From contig CM082587.2 of assembly GCA_040954595.2 (NCBI GenBank), positions 4,606,093 to 4,670,092 of the forward strand: a DNA stretch of 64,000 nucleotides, written 5' to 3'. This document shows, piece by piece, positions 1 to 36,059 of the stretch; position 1 is the first letter of the stretch, and each line of letters opens with the position of its first letter. This stretch comes from Balanoglossus misakiensis. Its lineage: Eukaryota; Animalia; Hemichordata. The notes below the pieces were generated by a model. It was not told where the DNA came from, did no database searches, and saw nothing but the letters and a program-made list of their open reading frames with translations. The position numbers and the translations under genes were made by a program.

Positions 1-162
1 AGATATCGTTTGTTGTATTATCTTTATCGTTTTGTATTCCTTTTCAACTGGTTGGTTTGAAAGTAAAAATCAAGCTGTGTAATATGCTCAACAAAATTTG
101 ACTAGGGACAAGTTTTCCCTATTTTGGTGCTCATGCACTTTTTTGCACGTGATGACAATCGT

Positions 163-188
163 TACCCTAACCCTAACCCTAACCCTAA
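163..188. repeat. Short telomere-like (TAACCC)n tract, about 4 units
   Basis: ttaccctaaccctaaccctaaccctaa read directly. Confidence 0.8.
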
Positions 189-636
189 TAGCGCCACCGA
201 CGGTGAATACGATTACTCTTTCGGCAAACGCTGACGGTACCGATGTCACTGCCTGTATGTAATTAGTTGACTGACAGCAGAGATGAAAAAGATCTAATGT
301 ACTGGTAACTTGTTTTGAAGATCAAGTGAGTCTGGAATATAATAAATATAACACACATATATGCACATATTCAATCAATATATACATGTATCCAGCAACA
401 TCTTTATTCGTCGGTTGATCTATTGTACATACATATCACACTTTGTTCAAACGAATTTAATTTGGAAGACTTGTAGGGAAAATACCCTATAACTTAAATT
501 TATGAGGGAGATTGCTGAAATACTTCCATAGATGATAGAGGATGACAATGATTGATGTGGTCAATCTTATCAAATGGACAGGAGAACTCCTGTGGGTGGA
601 CCAGCACAACCTTTCTTGGTAGTACAACAGCGGAAA

Positions 637-1356
637 TCAAAGTAAATCTGGTGTTGAAGCTCCAAGATAGCTGCGCAAGTCGGCGATATTCGATTTGAAC
701 AGTTTACAAGGAATTGTCTCCAGGTTTAGTCTTTTATAGGCCTCGTATCTATGGCAACCGCCGAAGGAATAGAAGTAGTCTCCGCCTTCTCTGCCTTTCA
801 CCCATAGAACGTCAATTGGCGGAACAGTGTGTCTAAGTTCTGGATCCTGTTGAGGTAAAAAAAGAAAGATAATACAAAGTGTTAAGTTTTAACTTTTATA
901 CACAAGCATGGATGATGGATCCATGTTAAAAGTGACCAGATAGACTAATCTATTACTAAGTTGAATGAAAAAATGTAGCATCAATCTCACCATCACCGTT
1001 TCCATCAAACTCAAAACTTTGTCCTCGTCTAGAACTGGTGGAATGGGCCTAATTAAAACCCCCACAGGCACTTCATGGACTTCCGCAATATGTCCGGCAT
1101 GGATGCTGGTTTTCTCAGAACTCATGGCACGGTCACCGCAGTCGGTATGTGACGACATAGTGCTAATCGTTGGGAAAGCCGAAAATGCTCGACCAGCGAT
1201 AGTGGTACTTGCTTGATCTTTCAGTGCCCGAGACCCTGCGAAGCAGATTTTAGTCGCCTGACAAAATAAAAACACGCCGAATAACCTCTTACTTCTGCAC
1301 CGAATAAAGCTTCTACCTAATGATAGTCTTCCGAAAAGCCTGAAACTTGACCACAT
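637..1356 (-). CDS. SRXN1: Sulfiredoxin-1 (2 exons: 1356-991, 846-637; alternative starts at 1158/1125)
   Basis: [39 protein letters not shown]|[40 protein letters not shown]...[10 protein letters not shown]. Contains the catalytic FGGCHR motif; phase-0 GT-AG intron. Confidence 0.95.
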
Positions 1357-1439
1357 CTCGTGGTTTTGTTTACATGTATGTGGGTTTGCGTTCAGAAAAT
1401 AAATTTGGGAATCCCTTTCAAAACAATGTATATTACAAG

Positions 1440-1760
1440 TCTTCGCTTCCGGGATTGACGTGCCGGAAATGCGGATAAATGTACAATTATTTATTTTTGA
1501 GGGGCTTGCAAATTTATTTTGGGACAGGTGGTAAATGGTTCATTAATTCGCGAAACAACCACAACATCTAACGAATATTACTATACTTTATAATTTAGTC
1601 TCGGGTCTGCGGAGAATTTGAGACCACCATTCAAAATTTCACTGGCCCACCCTCTAGTGTTGACCCCGTCGGTAAAATGGTATGTCTCCCAAATGCGCAC
1701 GCACGTCCTTGTAATCACAGGCTTCTCCTTCCGGTAAAATAGGATCTAGCATACGTCAGT
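1440..1760. promoter_or_regulatory. Putative bidirectional promoter between SRXN1 and EEIG1
   Basis: Divergent start codons at 1356 and 2011. ETS-like cttccgg/ccggaaat (1447-1470), CRE-like tgacgt (1456) and tacgtca (1752), NRF1-like tgcgcacgca (1694-1703). Confidence 0.5.
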
Positions 1761-1974
1761 AAACGTTATTTACAAATCGGCGGTATTTCAACTTAAATCG
1801 AACGGGTTTCCTACGTACCTGATCATTCACCAGCTATCACCATGACTACTGTGAGGGGACGGAGCTTCGCCTACGAATAGGAACCCACCCTTCGTCGGAG
1901 AGCGGACAGAACTTATCTGGACTGCGACTGCAGTGTACTCGTACTGTGAGAGAGTGATGTGTTTTGAGATGTAG

Positions 1975-25754
<23,780 letters not shown>

Positions 25755-28700
25755 TGGAACTATCGCAGCGCTGGTATTCCACTGTCCATCCAGCAGTACA
25801 TCAGCCAAGCATTCAGAGACCACACATTCGACAGAGAAACTCAACCATCCAGAGGACAGGTGGAGAGACCCACACAACTCGCGAACATGAACATATCGTC
25901 GGACGAACTCGCAGGAGATTTTGTCAGTTATTGGGGTTTTCATTTTTCGTACACTCATACTCATCGTGAAGTTTGTAGATTTTTTTGACTGAAACTTTGT
26001 ACAGAATCGGGCTGCCCTACATTTTGTGGGTGTAACTTTCTCCAGGAATCAGTGTCTTTCCGTCAAATCATGAAGTAGTGTGAAAAAATGGTGGGAATTT
26101 TTTTTAGGATTCCTGACGTATTAATGAGATACATGTATTACATTTTAGCACTGCAACTTGCAACTATTCACTGTATAGGCTACGTGATCACTCGATAGAC
26201 AGTACATGTATAACTGCACTCATTAAATTGTCTTTAATTGTGGCATCAAACAAAAGAAAATGGCTTCCATATACATGTAAAAAAGCGAAGCCAAAGTCAT
26301 TTTTGTTTCATCGCAGGTATCAGTGTAAGTTTGGTAACCGTAAGTTTTCGTGTTGCCGTTCCATGTCCATTCCAAGTATTTTCGTAAATGTCACCAAGGA
26401 CATTTTTGTCGTAGTGTGATGTGCTTTACTTGAGAAGTACGGTACTGCCATTTTAATTTTGTTTCACTGGAAATCAAGTGTCTGGCAAGATGGCGCTTCT
26501 CATTTTTTATCACCATGTTAAGTAGCCTGCATAGGTCAGAGTTCATACATAGACACCCTAAGGGAGTGTTCAGAAAATACTTCCAGGGCCCCCTAGTGGT
26601 CGAACGGGAACAGGTGTAAATTGCAATTTCTTTTCCCTCCATCAAATATTTTGATATATATCTATATATTATGAAAAATTTTAAGCATCGTAACCTATTT
26701 TATGGCTAGATTTTATTGATGTTTCTGTTGAGTGTTGCACGGTATTGCTGTTTGGTTGTATGTTGTTCTGATTGTCTTTGTCCACACTGCTCCGGACAGA
26801 ATAAGTCGCCAGGCTCATTTTGTACCTCTGACCATATTTTTTTCACAGGGTGGATCCCCCCTGGACGTCCACCACCAATCAGTTAGTCGGGGCTTGGGCC
26901 TAGGATGGGTTAAGTTTCCAGGGGGTGACTGTCCTAGAAACCTTGTTTCTTTCAAGCCTGCATGGCAGACATTGCTGTCATCAATTAATGCCATGCGTGA
27001 CCATCCTCAGAAGTTTGACCTAAAAGAGATATTAAACTAAACGACATGTATTAGAAAAAGGGTCTAAAACACAGACAGAATGAGGTCTCTTTAGTGATTA
27101 GAATAATTTTGAGTTGTGCTGTTTGAGGTGTTGCAGGGTTCAGTGTCCACAATAAGGAACAAAATACGATAGATATGCCAAGGTCATGTTTTAAACCAGC
27201 CAATCAAAATTGATTAACCTATAATATTCCAAACAGTCCAAACCAACATTAATTCTTTGGGTGAATATATATGTGACGGGTTTCTTGCTATACTCAATTA
27301 TGAAACTTGAGATTTGATATGTAAATTTTCTGTAAAATTTTTCATATTTATAATGTCTTTTGGGGGGGGGTGTAGTGTAACTGGCAGAGATGAAGAAATC
27401 ATGTAAAAAGTTAAAGCCTATGTGAACCTGCGTTCTGTTCAGATTCAGCAACTGAAGTGTACAGAGTTTGTAGATTTAGAAATAAGATTGCGTGTTGGCT
27501 AGAGTGACGCTGTGATGTGTAGCTGTGTTGTACATGTACTTAGTGCCTGTGTAGATATGTGGTTTGTAATCACAAATAAATATTTTCACATCTTGTAAAA
27601 TTGAATGAAAGCAGTAGATGTTCATTGCACAACGCATAATTCGACAGTAAGCTTTCATTTCTCTCTTCTTTTAATCGTTAATACAATTCTCTCTTCACTG
27701 TGGGCTGTAAAATGTATTAGACCAAAATCTCCTTTACTTACTTACGTGGACAAAATTCACATTTCAAGTGATTTTATGGAGCAATTGTCAGTCAGCGCAT
27801 CCAGTTTAATCATGCAAATCTATCACTTCCATATTTGGCAGTTTCATCCATTTGATAGGCTATCACATTTTTTCAACTGTCGTTAATATTTATTACTTCC
27901 ATATTTGGTGGGTTAGTTGGAATTCATTGGCTGCCAACATTTCACCTGATAACAAAGTTTGCTTTTTCCATATATGGAAACAGTGGATTAGTTGGTTATC
28001 ATTCAATTTGATCATGAATATTAATTTTATCACTTGTCCAAATTGGGCAGTATTCTGAGACATTTTCTTGGTCAATTATGTTTTCTTCCAGAATCATATT
28101 TAATTTTGCAGCTATTTCTGCCTCATATGAGATAGCTGTAGAAATTTAGATCTTAAATAATTTTAGACGTAATGGTATTGGAAAGATGGTATCATATCAC
28201 TGTTGCAGTATAAACTGTCTTCTTTATAATTTTTTTGTCCGAATATAATTCCGGAATTGCCTCTCTGAAATTGGCAGTACGACCTGCAGCATCTTGAAAA
28301 CAGCTGCAAGATGTTATTTTGGTCAAGAAATCTCGCGTCCGCTCTTAAGACGCTGTTACAATTTTTTTTCTGCTTTGTACTTACTTCACGTCTGACGAAA
28401 ACTTCTCTGACTTGCGGCTGTGGTGAGGAGTGGTGGAACACACTTCTCCTCAGTTGTCTCCTTCACCCCTTTCTCTTATCTGTGCTGTGGTACCACCCCC
28501 ACCGCTTTCAGCACAGGGCTGGGCCTGTTTACTGCAAAACAGGGGTGGACAGTGAGTGTCCCCAAGGAAACTCGGTATTCGATGATTCTATGTCAGTGCA
28601 AAAATCCCAGAACAAGCTCCTCTTTCTTGTAAGCATCTTTTAAAGTTTTGCAAGATGTAAGGACAGAGGTTTTTATTAGTGGTATTTTAAGTGAACTTGG

Positions 28701-30766
28701 TTTGAACAATTATTTTCTGGAGGGTTTGTTTTGCCTTATAGTTATCTTTTCACTTCACTAGCCAGCTGGTCTGGCTAGTCTTCATTATCATTATTGACTC
28801 AATTTTAAAAGCTATGTTTTAACACCCCTGTACCTTCGTGCATGTGGTATGATACCATTACTCTCTGTGTAGTGAAAGTGGACTAATCCACTGCAACATA
28901 GGGGTGTAGCAGGGCAACAGTGGGGTGCAGATTTTTACTCTCCCCGAGAATCATGAGAACGAGTACTTTTTATCTGAAAGTGACAACAATACATAATTTA
29001 AGAAATTTGAGTTTAAAATGCTTGTCTTTCAAATACTTATATCTGGGCATATGGTATAGATGGTTCATTGTGATGTTCAAATTTGAAATGGTTGCATACC
29101 TCTTCAACTGCAGCTTGTTAAAATTAACAGTTTAATTAATAGCAAACTTTGAGTGTTTTCAAAATCACCGCTCACCAATGAATGTTTAAAGATGTCGCTA
29201 TAGCAACATACATGTAGTAAAATACATTCCAGAACCGATTTCTGATTAGTTGATCATCAAGACCCCAAACATAGAGATTTAGTTGTAGAATCAGATAAGT
29301 TGCAGAGACCCCAAACGTTTTTCTGCTAATTTACACTGACTGCTATGGCTACGGTCTCCCTGGGTAACTGTTTCTCAGTGGTCATGGATAATCAAAACCT
29401 AAGAACACGGTAAATGAAATTCTCATTCCAAATCCCCCCCCCCCCCTCCTTCGTCCGAAGGTCATGACCTCAAGTAACGGTTAAAGAGACAAAACAACTG
29501 ACCACCACATGAAACTGCACTTTCACACTGGACGATCAGTCTGCAGTTTCCAAATTTTGTCAAAAGTGACCACTACCTGAAAGACCGATTGCATTATTTC
29601 TAACCACAAAACCGATTCAGAAAATCAAGTTTTTACCTGGCAGACCAGAAGAAGTATTGAGCATTGTAAGCGAGGAACGGAGAGATTAAAGACCAGGTTC
29701 TTAAATTCAAATGATGTTTCTTTCTCTGCTCAACCTCAGTAGATCTGGAATTTCATTCTCCGTGTGTGGACTTCCCAGTTTTTCCATGACCACTCTGCTG
29801 TGACTAGTACAAACCGATCATCTGTCACTTTCTTTGCTAATTCTTACTTCAATTAAAATTGCTTTGTCTTTTTTCTCCTAACAAAATGTTTTCAATCTTC
29901 TTTCTGATCTTTGTATTAATTACTTTTTAATATCTTTATAGACACCGGTCACTTTTTTGGATCAATGCATTGTAAATAAAGAGCTGCTCTAATAGTACAC
30001 CGAGTATTACTCGTCATATATTTCACCCCCACTTCCCTCTTTAGAGGTTCAACCTTACCATACAAAACAAAGGGTTTGGACTGAACCATAGTGGTGAAAG
30101 GGGTGTTATGTTACTGAACACCCTGAGGAGGGGAAAGGGGGAATCTCATCATGTCTGTATCTCCGTCACTGCCACAAAGATCGGAAATTCTTTCCTGGAT
30201 GGTGTAAATTCAAGAATCAATTGACCCAGACTCTTATTAATTTAAATATGGCATTTCTGCTTTTGGTTGGAAAAAAGTGAAGTGAGACAAATATTTCTAA
30301 AATAATTTATTACTTATGGAACATTCCAATGTCACTTCTAACAAACTTACAAAAAAAATGTGATTTGTTAAAAAACATCAACATGACACTTACAAAATGT
30401 TAACGAAATGGCAGCAGAAAAAAAACAAGATGCGATGATCATAGATCAAGATGACTTTGTACAGTGAAGAGAAAACCACTGCAAGATGTTCACACAGTTC
30501 AGTCATATGTCGTTTAGCAACCAAAAATCAGTTTCTGGTATGTTGCAGTGCTAAACAAACAACTGCAGATGTCTTGCAAATTGTAAAATAAAAGCCTCTA
30601 AATTATACTGTAAATGAAATGAAATTGAAAAATGATGTGCATAGTTCACATTACATATACAATGTACATGTATGTTGCTTGCATATGTTAACTTTAATAC
30701 AAAACAATGCCACAGTTTATTTCATAAACCTAGATGGAAGAAACATTATTAAGGTTGCCATGGTTT

Positions 30767-32396
30767 TCACAGACTATCGTATCCGTCTGGTTGTTTTGTC
30801 TTGCAGCGACCAGACACAAAGCCACACCCATCTTTGATGAGTCCCGGCAGGGATGACCAGAACTGGTAGTGTGGAATTTGGTTTGTTCCTTGTGCACCGT
30901 ACACGGTTCTCAGAAAAAGGCAGCCTGTCATAAAAGAAACCAGAATGTTAGAATTCAGGCTTTTCATAGTATGCAGTGATGTTACTCTTGTACTGTCACG
31001 ATTTTTTCTGCTTACAAAAATCAACTTTCACTGAGTTGTTAGGCTGCATTCATAAACACCTGTGGGGGGGGGGGAAGAATTGAAATTCTTTTAGTTTTCT
31101 TTCAAATCCCCCCCCCCCCCCCCGAGGTGTTTATGAATGCAGCCTGAGTTTGAACCCCTGCATGCACATGTACTGTAACAATTGGGAAAGGCTCTGATGT
31201 GACTTACCAACACCACAGTAGAGTATCATAGCACTGAGAACAATGACTATCAACATGGTTCCAATGCTGACTCTGTGCGGTCTCCCCGGCTGGGGCGCTG
31301 GTGTTCTGCGCAGGCACCCGTACCGTGTTTCCAGGGTCATGTTGTAGTACTCTGCAGGGGGTCTGTCGGTGTCTCTGCCGTGGACCAGAAGTCGGTCATT
31401 GCTGGACTCGATGCACTTGACTACCACTGACGTGAATTTCAATTTAACTCCCTCCTCGCCTGTAAGATAAAGTCACTGTTTAAACCCTTTCACTGTTACC
31501 CCCTGACCACACACAGTATGTGCTCTCATGTCATCAGAACTTTGGAGTGTGTTAATGCAACCAGTACATCTGCTGTATCTACCAGCAACTTAAAAGTGCT
31601 CGCAGTGGTTGACAAACTCGTACAGGCACATTGACAAGACTGCCAGCAATATTGCTTGTAACCTATTTCTGTACATATAATATTAGAGACCAATAATAGA
31701 CTTCAGTCTAGCAGCTGATTCACGTTCAAACTTTCAAATGGATCAAGACATTCCAATGATCAAAATCATTAATTTTCCACACAGTCTGCTAAACTGAGGT
31801 CTTTGAGGAGTAAAGGGTGGGGTAAAAGAAAGCGAATGCACACTAACCATTGGCCGTGCAGTGACACCCAGACTCAAGCTTAGCTGCATGCGATAGATCA
31901 ACATTGACAACACCAGACTACGAATTGAGCACCATACCACTGATACGAAATACAACCAAAAACTTCACATACTGTTGTTGTAAATTAAGGTTATTGAGTT
32001 GTTATGTTCAAAGTACACGTATTCCGGTTGTTGCTTTCCACAGTTGAAGTACGTCCCCTGCCCAACTGCGTATCTACACACCGCCACGTCCTTGCAGGAG
32101 GACGAGGAGTCGTTCGCCGGACCACTCAAAGAAAATTCCACGCACGGATCGAACCAGTAGCGATCCCCATCGCCGCCTGTAATGTTGCTGAACCTGGGTT
32201 CGGAGCTGTTGCCCGCGAGGGCGGTCAGGTCCAGCTCGGCGCTGCCGTCAGACAAGCTACACTTGCAAGGTCCCTTGCCGACGCAAGTGATCTGGCCCGT
32301 CGCGCCGCTGACGATACATAGACCTACGAGTAAACACCGCACGAAGAGAACTACAAAAGTACTAGGAAAAAACGACCACCCGATTGCGCCCACCAT
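30767..32396 (-). CDS. Cation-dependent mannose-6-phosphate receptor / ATG27-like type I membrane protein. Exons 32396-31973, 31459-31208, 30924-30767
   Basis: Signal peptide; Cys-rich MRH-like lumenal domain (CKCSLSDG...LDLTAL...YWFDPC...CKDVAVC...YFNCG); TM segment SIGTMLIVIVLSAMILYCGVG; family-typical tail GAQGTNQIPHYQFWSSLPGLIKDGCGFV; terminal YDSL YxxPhi motif. Confidence 0.85.
31041..31145. mobile_element. ~105-bp MITE with 21-bp terminal inverted repeats (Tourist/Harbinger-like) in the M6PR-like intron
   Basis: aggctgcattcataaacacct ... aggtgtttatgaatgcagcct, plus inner G-run/C-run pairing; flanks tta/tga. Confidence 0.7.
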
Positions 32397-32782
32397 AGCT
32401 TACAAAAATATCTGCCGTACAAATCAGGAAGCGAAGTACCCGTTGTTTCATGAAAATGGACTGCTAACAACAAGAACGAACATGTTTCCATTCATTTCAC
32501 ACATCGGCCATTTTTAAATACAGTTAACTTTATTTGCAACACGAAATTCGAGAACTAAAACTATTGTTAATAAATACCCATCATCATTTACACCATAAAT
32601 TTGTGCTTCATAAAAAGACAAAAGTTTACTTTGTCCTTGTTGTTTATTCCATATTTTTATTAGATGAATTCATAAGAATATAATCTTCATAAAACTTCGG
32701 TTTCAGCTGTTCGAACAGACAGTCTGTATATGTTTTGCTAATGAGCATAGGGCGATCGCGAAGGGCACTGACAGGCTTAGAC

Positions 32783-33662
32783 ATGGTGAGTTAGTAGTTG
32801 GCGTTGTAAAAGAACAGAGTGCTTTTAATGTATTGTTACACCGGGAATAGCATGTGGAAGTTGGCGCAGACAAGTGAAAATAAAGTGTCTGGCTATTCGA
32901 AATGTTTAAATGCACAAAATATACGATACTGGGATGTGTGTTCTTCACCCCACATTACACAGCTCTATCACGCAGTCCCAGAACCCAACCAGATACTTTG
33001 GGTGTTACCTGGCCGCCTGGCAATCACTGTTTGCTCATGATCCTCATGGAAAGTTTACAAAGTTGTACGCTGTATTTACAGCAACTTGCAAACACTTTTA
33101 GTGACGCAGTGCGTTTCTTCTCCCACACAGGCCACTGGTGCTGACCGTGTTGCTGGTCTGGGCATGGTCGCATTGGCTGGTGTCATCTTCCTGTACTACA
33201 CAATCTGGGTCATCGTGTTGGTATGTGTATGGCCTTCGTCGAGGCTTTTTAACGATTAATGAACTTGTTATTCTGAAATTTGTATGAGTGCCCAAGTCAC
33301 CAAATTTACAATTAACACGAGTTCATGTTGTTCCCTCGCCAGCCATTTGCAGAAGCTGACCATGTAATCCACCGGTACTTTCTACCAAGAGCCTATGCAG
33401 TAATCATTCCAATCGTAGCAGGGGTCATAGCGCTGGGGTTCATAGGTAAGAGGCATTCAAAGTTAAACTTCATTGTGCCCAAGAATGAAAAAATTATCGT
33501 TTTTCTTGCACATATTCTATGAAGGTATAATCACAGATATTTTTCTCTAAGTTTCAATCATATTCAAATCAATCAGGTCATATACAATTATTGTGTTTGT
33601 ATCCATTCACAGGAATTTTCATGGTTGTAGTCACAGCTGGCAAAAAGAAGAAAACCAGTTGA
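32783..33662 (+). CDS. DPM2: Dolichol-phosphate mannosyltransferase subunit 2. Exons 32783-32785 (ATG only), 33131-33220, 33343-33445, 33613-33662
   Basis: M|[30 protein letters not shown]|[34 protein letters not shown]|[16 protein letters not shown]. Two TM segments and a C-terminal dilysine motif. Confidence 0.93.
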
Positions 33663-33826
33663 AGATAGCGCGTGCTTGGTGTTCGTGCGTCGACCATTTC
33701 ATTTCAAGCAGAGTGATTTGCATTTTTAAATCTTGACGAAGACAATTTTTTATTAAATGAATACAGAATTTAACATTTAATTCCGCTTTTTGTGCTAGAA
33801 ATATTTGTGAAGTGAATTAGGCTGCT

Positions 33827-35377
33827 TCACAGTTCTGGTTTGGGCGTGGCCATTCCACCAGAGTTATCTTCCTCCCAGCAATTGTCTTGCGGCGTGGACA
33901 CGTACTCTATACTCCGTGGGTTCAGACCCATGGCCAGTGCTTGGTTTAACAACCTCTGTGTCAGCTCTGGGTCTTGGGTGGGCTTCCTTGACAGGATGTG
34001 GATGCAGTAGTTGACGGTGCCCCACCAAGACTTTGAACAGTCGTATGTCACCGCGTAGTCGTCTTCCAGTAGAATCACGTTGAAGTCAACCTGCAAAACA
34101 GTGTATGTTATTGTTCATGACAGACTTGACTCGATGTTCACAGTTCTCAACGTCACAAAAGATATGTGGAATTCAAGAATCGTACAGTTTTTCATATGAG
34201 TGCCTACAGGTGGAATGGAACCAATGTACTGATAGCCAAAGTTCGTTTATGACGATGAGACAATAGGTGATATACTGTAGTTTCTATCGCCTGAATTGCG
34301 CATTGCAAAAACAATGAGTGTTCAGACTTACGTAGGGAAGAAACCAGAAGAAGCTGATTTTCCAGTGACCAGGGCGATCATAATAATACAGAGAACCTGA
34401 GAGTGAGATGCGAAAAAGATTTATATAAATTACAATGCAGTTCACTGTAATATAGAATATTGAAACACCTGGTCTGTTCCATATACAATAGGCCTAATGT
34501 AATTTTTACACACCTGTTGCAGACTGCAAGTTTCCAGTAGGCGATTCCCAGTTACAGCTGTTCACAGTGATGGCGTCCTTTGGAGGTTGACCCTCCTCCG
34601 CGCGTTTCACCTCCATGTTGGTGCAGTGGCAGTCTTTCTGCCACTTAGCGCCACCTGCGGTCTGCACCTGTTGTGGGATATGATGTAAATTTTACCGGTT
34701 TGTGATTTTTTGGAGGCTGTGAGGTTCGACTCGAGGTTCCAAATGGCCGCCTGCATGATTCCATCGTATGCGCAGTTTTTTCCCCGAATGTGCCGGGTCT
34801 TCTCTTATACATGTATTGCAAAATTGATTCAAGTTTCACGAGACAAAATGATGATAGACAGATGGTGGTGACGACGACGACACTGCTGCTGTTGGTGGTA
34901 GTGATGGCGATGGTGGTGGTTGTGATACAAAGAATTTTGGCCAATCGGTACTTACCCTGCCGATTTCATACCAAGTACCTAAGTACTTTTCATACGTAAA
35001 GTTTTCGGCGGTTTGGGGAACAATGCAGTTGTCTGCAAATGCTGCCAGTGGCAGCATCAGCAACAGCACAACCTGAAAGAAAGAAGAAAAAACATAACCA
35101 TAACTTCTCTGTTGGACCATTCAAATGCTTTATCAAAACACACTTTTAGGACAATCCGATAGAGGCATCACACGAGCACTCTGTGTTACATCATTTGAGG
35201 TCGCTCGATTGTGATCCGTGATGGCGCGCCAGAAGGCTGAGGGATTTACTGACATATACCTTCAGTTTTCTCTCACACAAACGAAATACAATGGACGCTG
35301 AATACGTGTTACACCAAAATCCGTCAGATTCACATTCCTACCTGTGAGAAAGGCCCCATCGTCCAACAGTCAGCCAT
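33827..35377 (-). CDS. Lipocalin, apolipoprotein D-like. Exons 35377-35342, 35072-34956, 34667-34514, 34396-34332, 34090-33827
   Basis: Signal peptide; NFTYEKYLGTWYEIGR (lipocalin GxWYEI motif); DCHCT; DDYAVTYDC; HILSRKP; STPQDNC; phases consistent. Confidence 0.88.
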
Positions 35378-36059
35378 TGGGGAATATTTTTTACGGCAGA
35401 AACAGTTCCTGTCACAGTTACACGTCCGCCACCAGGTGAGAACAGAGCGGATCAAAGTTCGACGTCGAACGAGCGAGTTACGTAACTACAATCAACTGCA
35501 AGTTTAATTTTTAAAATCAGTCGAGGTCGAATAGACGTGAAGGTGATTGCTTTGATTACAGGGCTCATCGTTCTAAATGGTCTGCGTGCTTGCCCGTTCA
35601 CATCATTACGCTTGTTGCGTTAATATTTTGGGGGGATGTTTTCAGTCATTCATTGCTTGGAAACTGCTCATAGACGTACTTGCGTTCTCGGCTTATATAC
35701 ATGTACTGTGTTGTAACCTGGTCGACGTCGCTTTTGACCTTTGATTTCCGTAATTTTCTGAGGAGAATCCTCAACACAAGTTACAAATGCTGACATCGTC
35801 GATATCTGCATGATCGTAATAGCGCCACCAACCAGTATACACGAGAAAAAACAGAATGGCGACCACGGTGCATGGATGTGCAAATGCAAATCGACGCAGT
35901 CTGCAGTCCAGGTTATAATATCGTCTATAATATAGTCTACGAGAGGACAGTGTGGTATGTAGATAAGTGGATTGTTGATGAAGAGGACAGCGACAATGCG
36001 TGCGTCACAAGTATGTAGGTCCCAGATTTAAGCTGAAGAAACGATATTTGAATCGTGCA

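Noticed and set aside
163-188. Chromosome end or CRISPR-like array
   Set aside because: Only about 4 telomere-like units in internal sequence; no repeat-spacer array seen anywhere in this eukaryotic window
31743-31955. ORF inside the M6PR-like intron 1
   Set aside because: Exon 1 splices directly to 31459 in the correct phase, and the ORF has no similarity to the family
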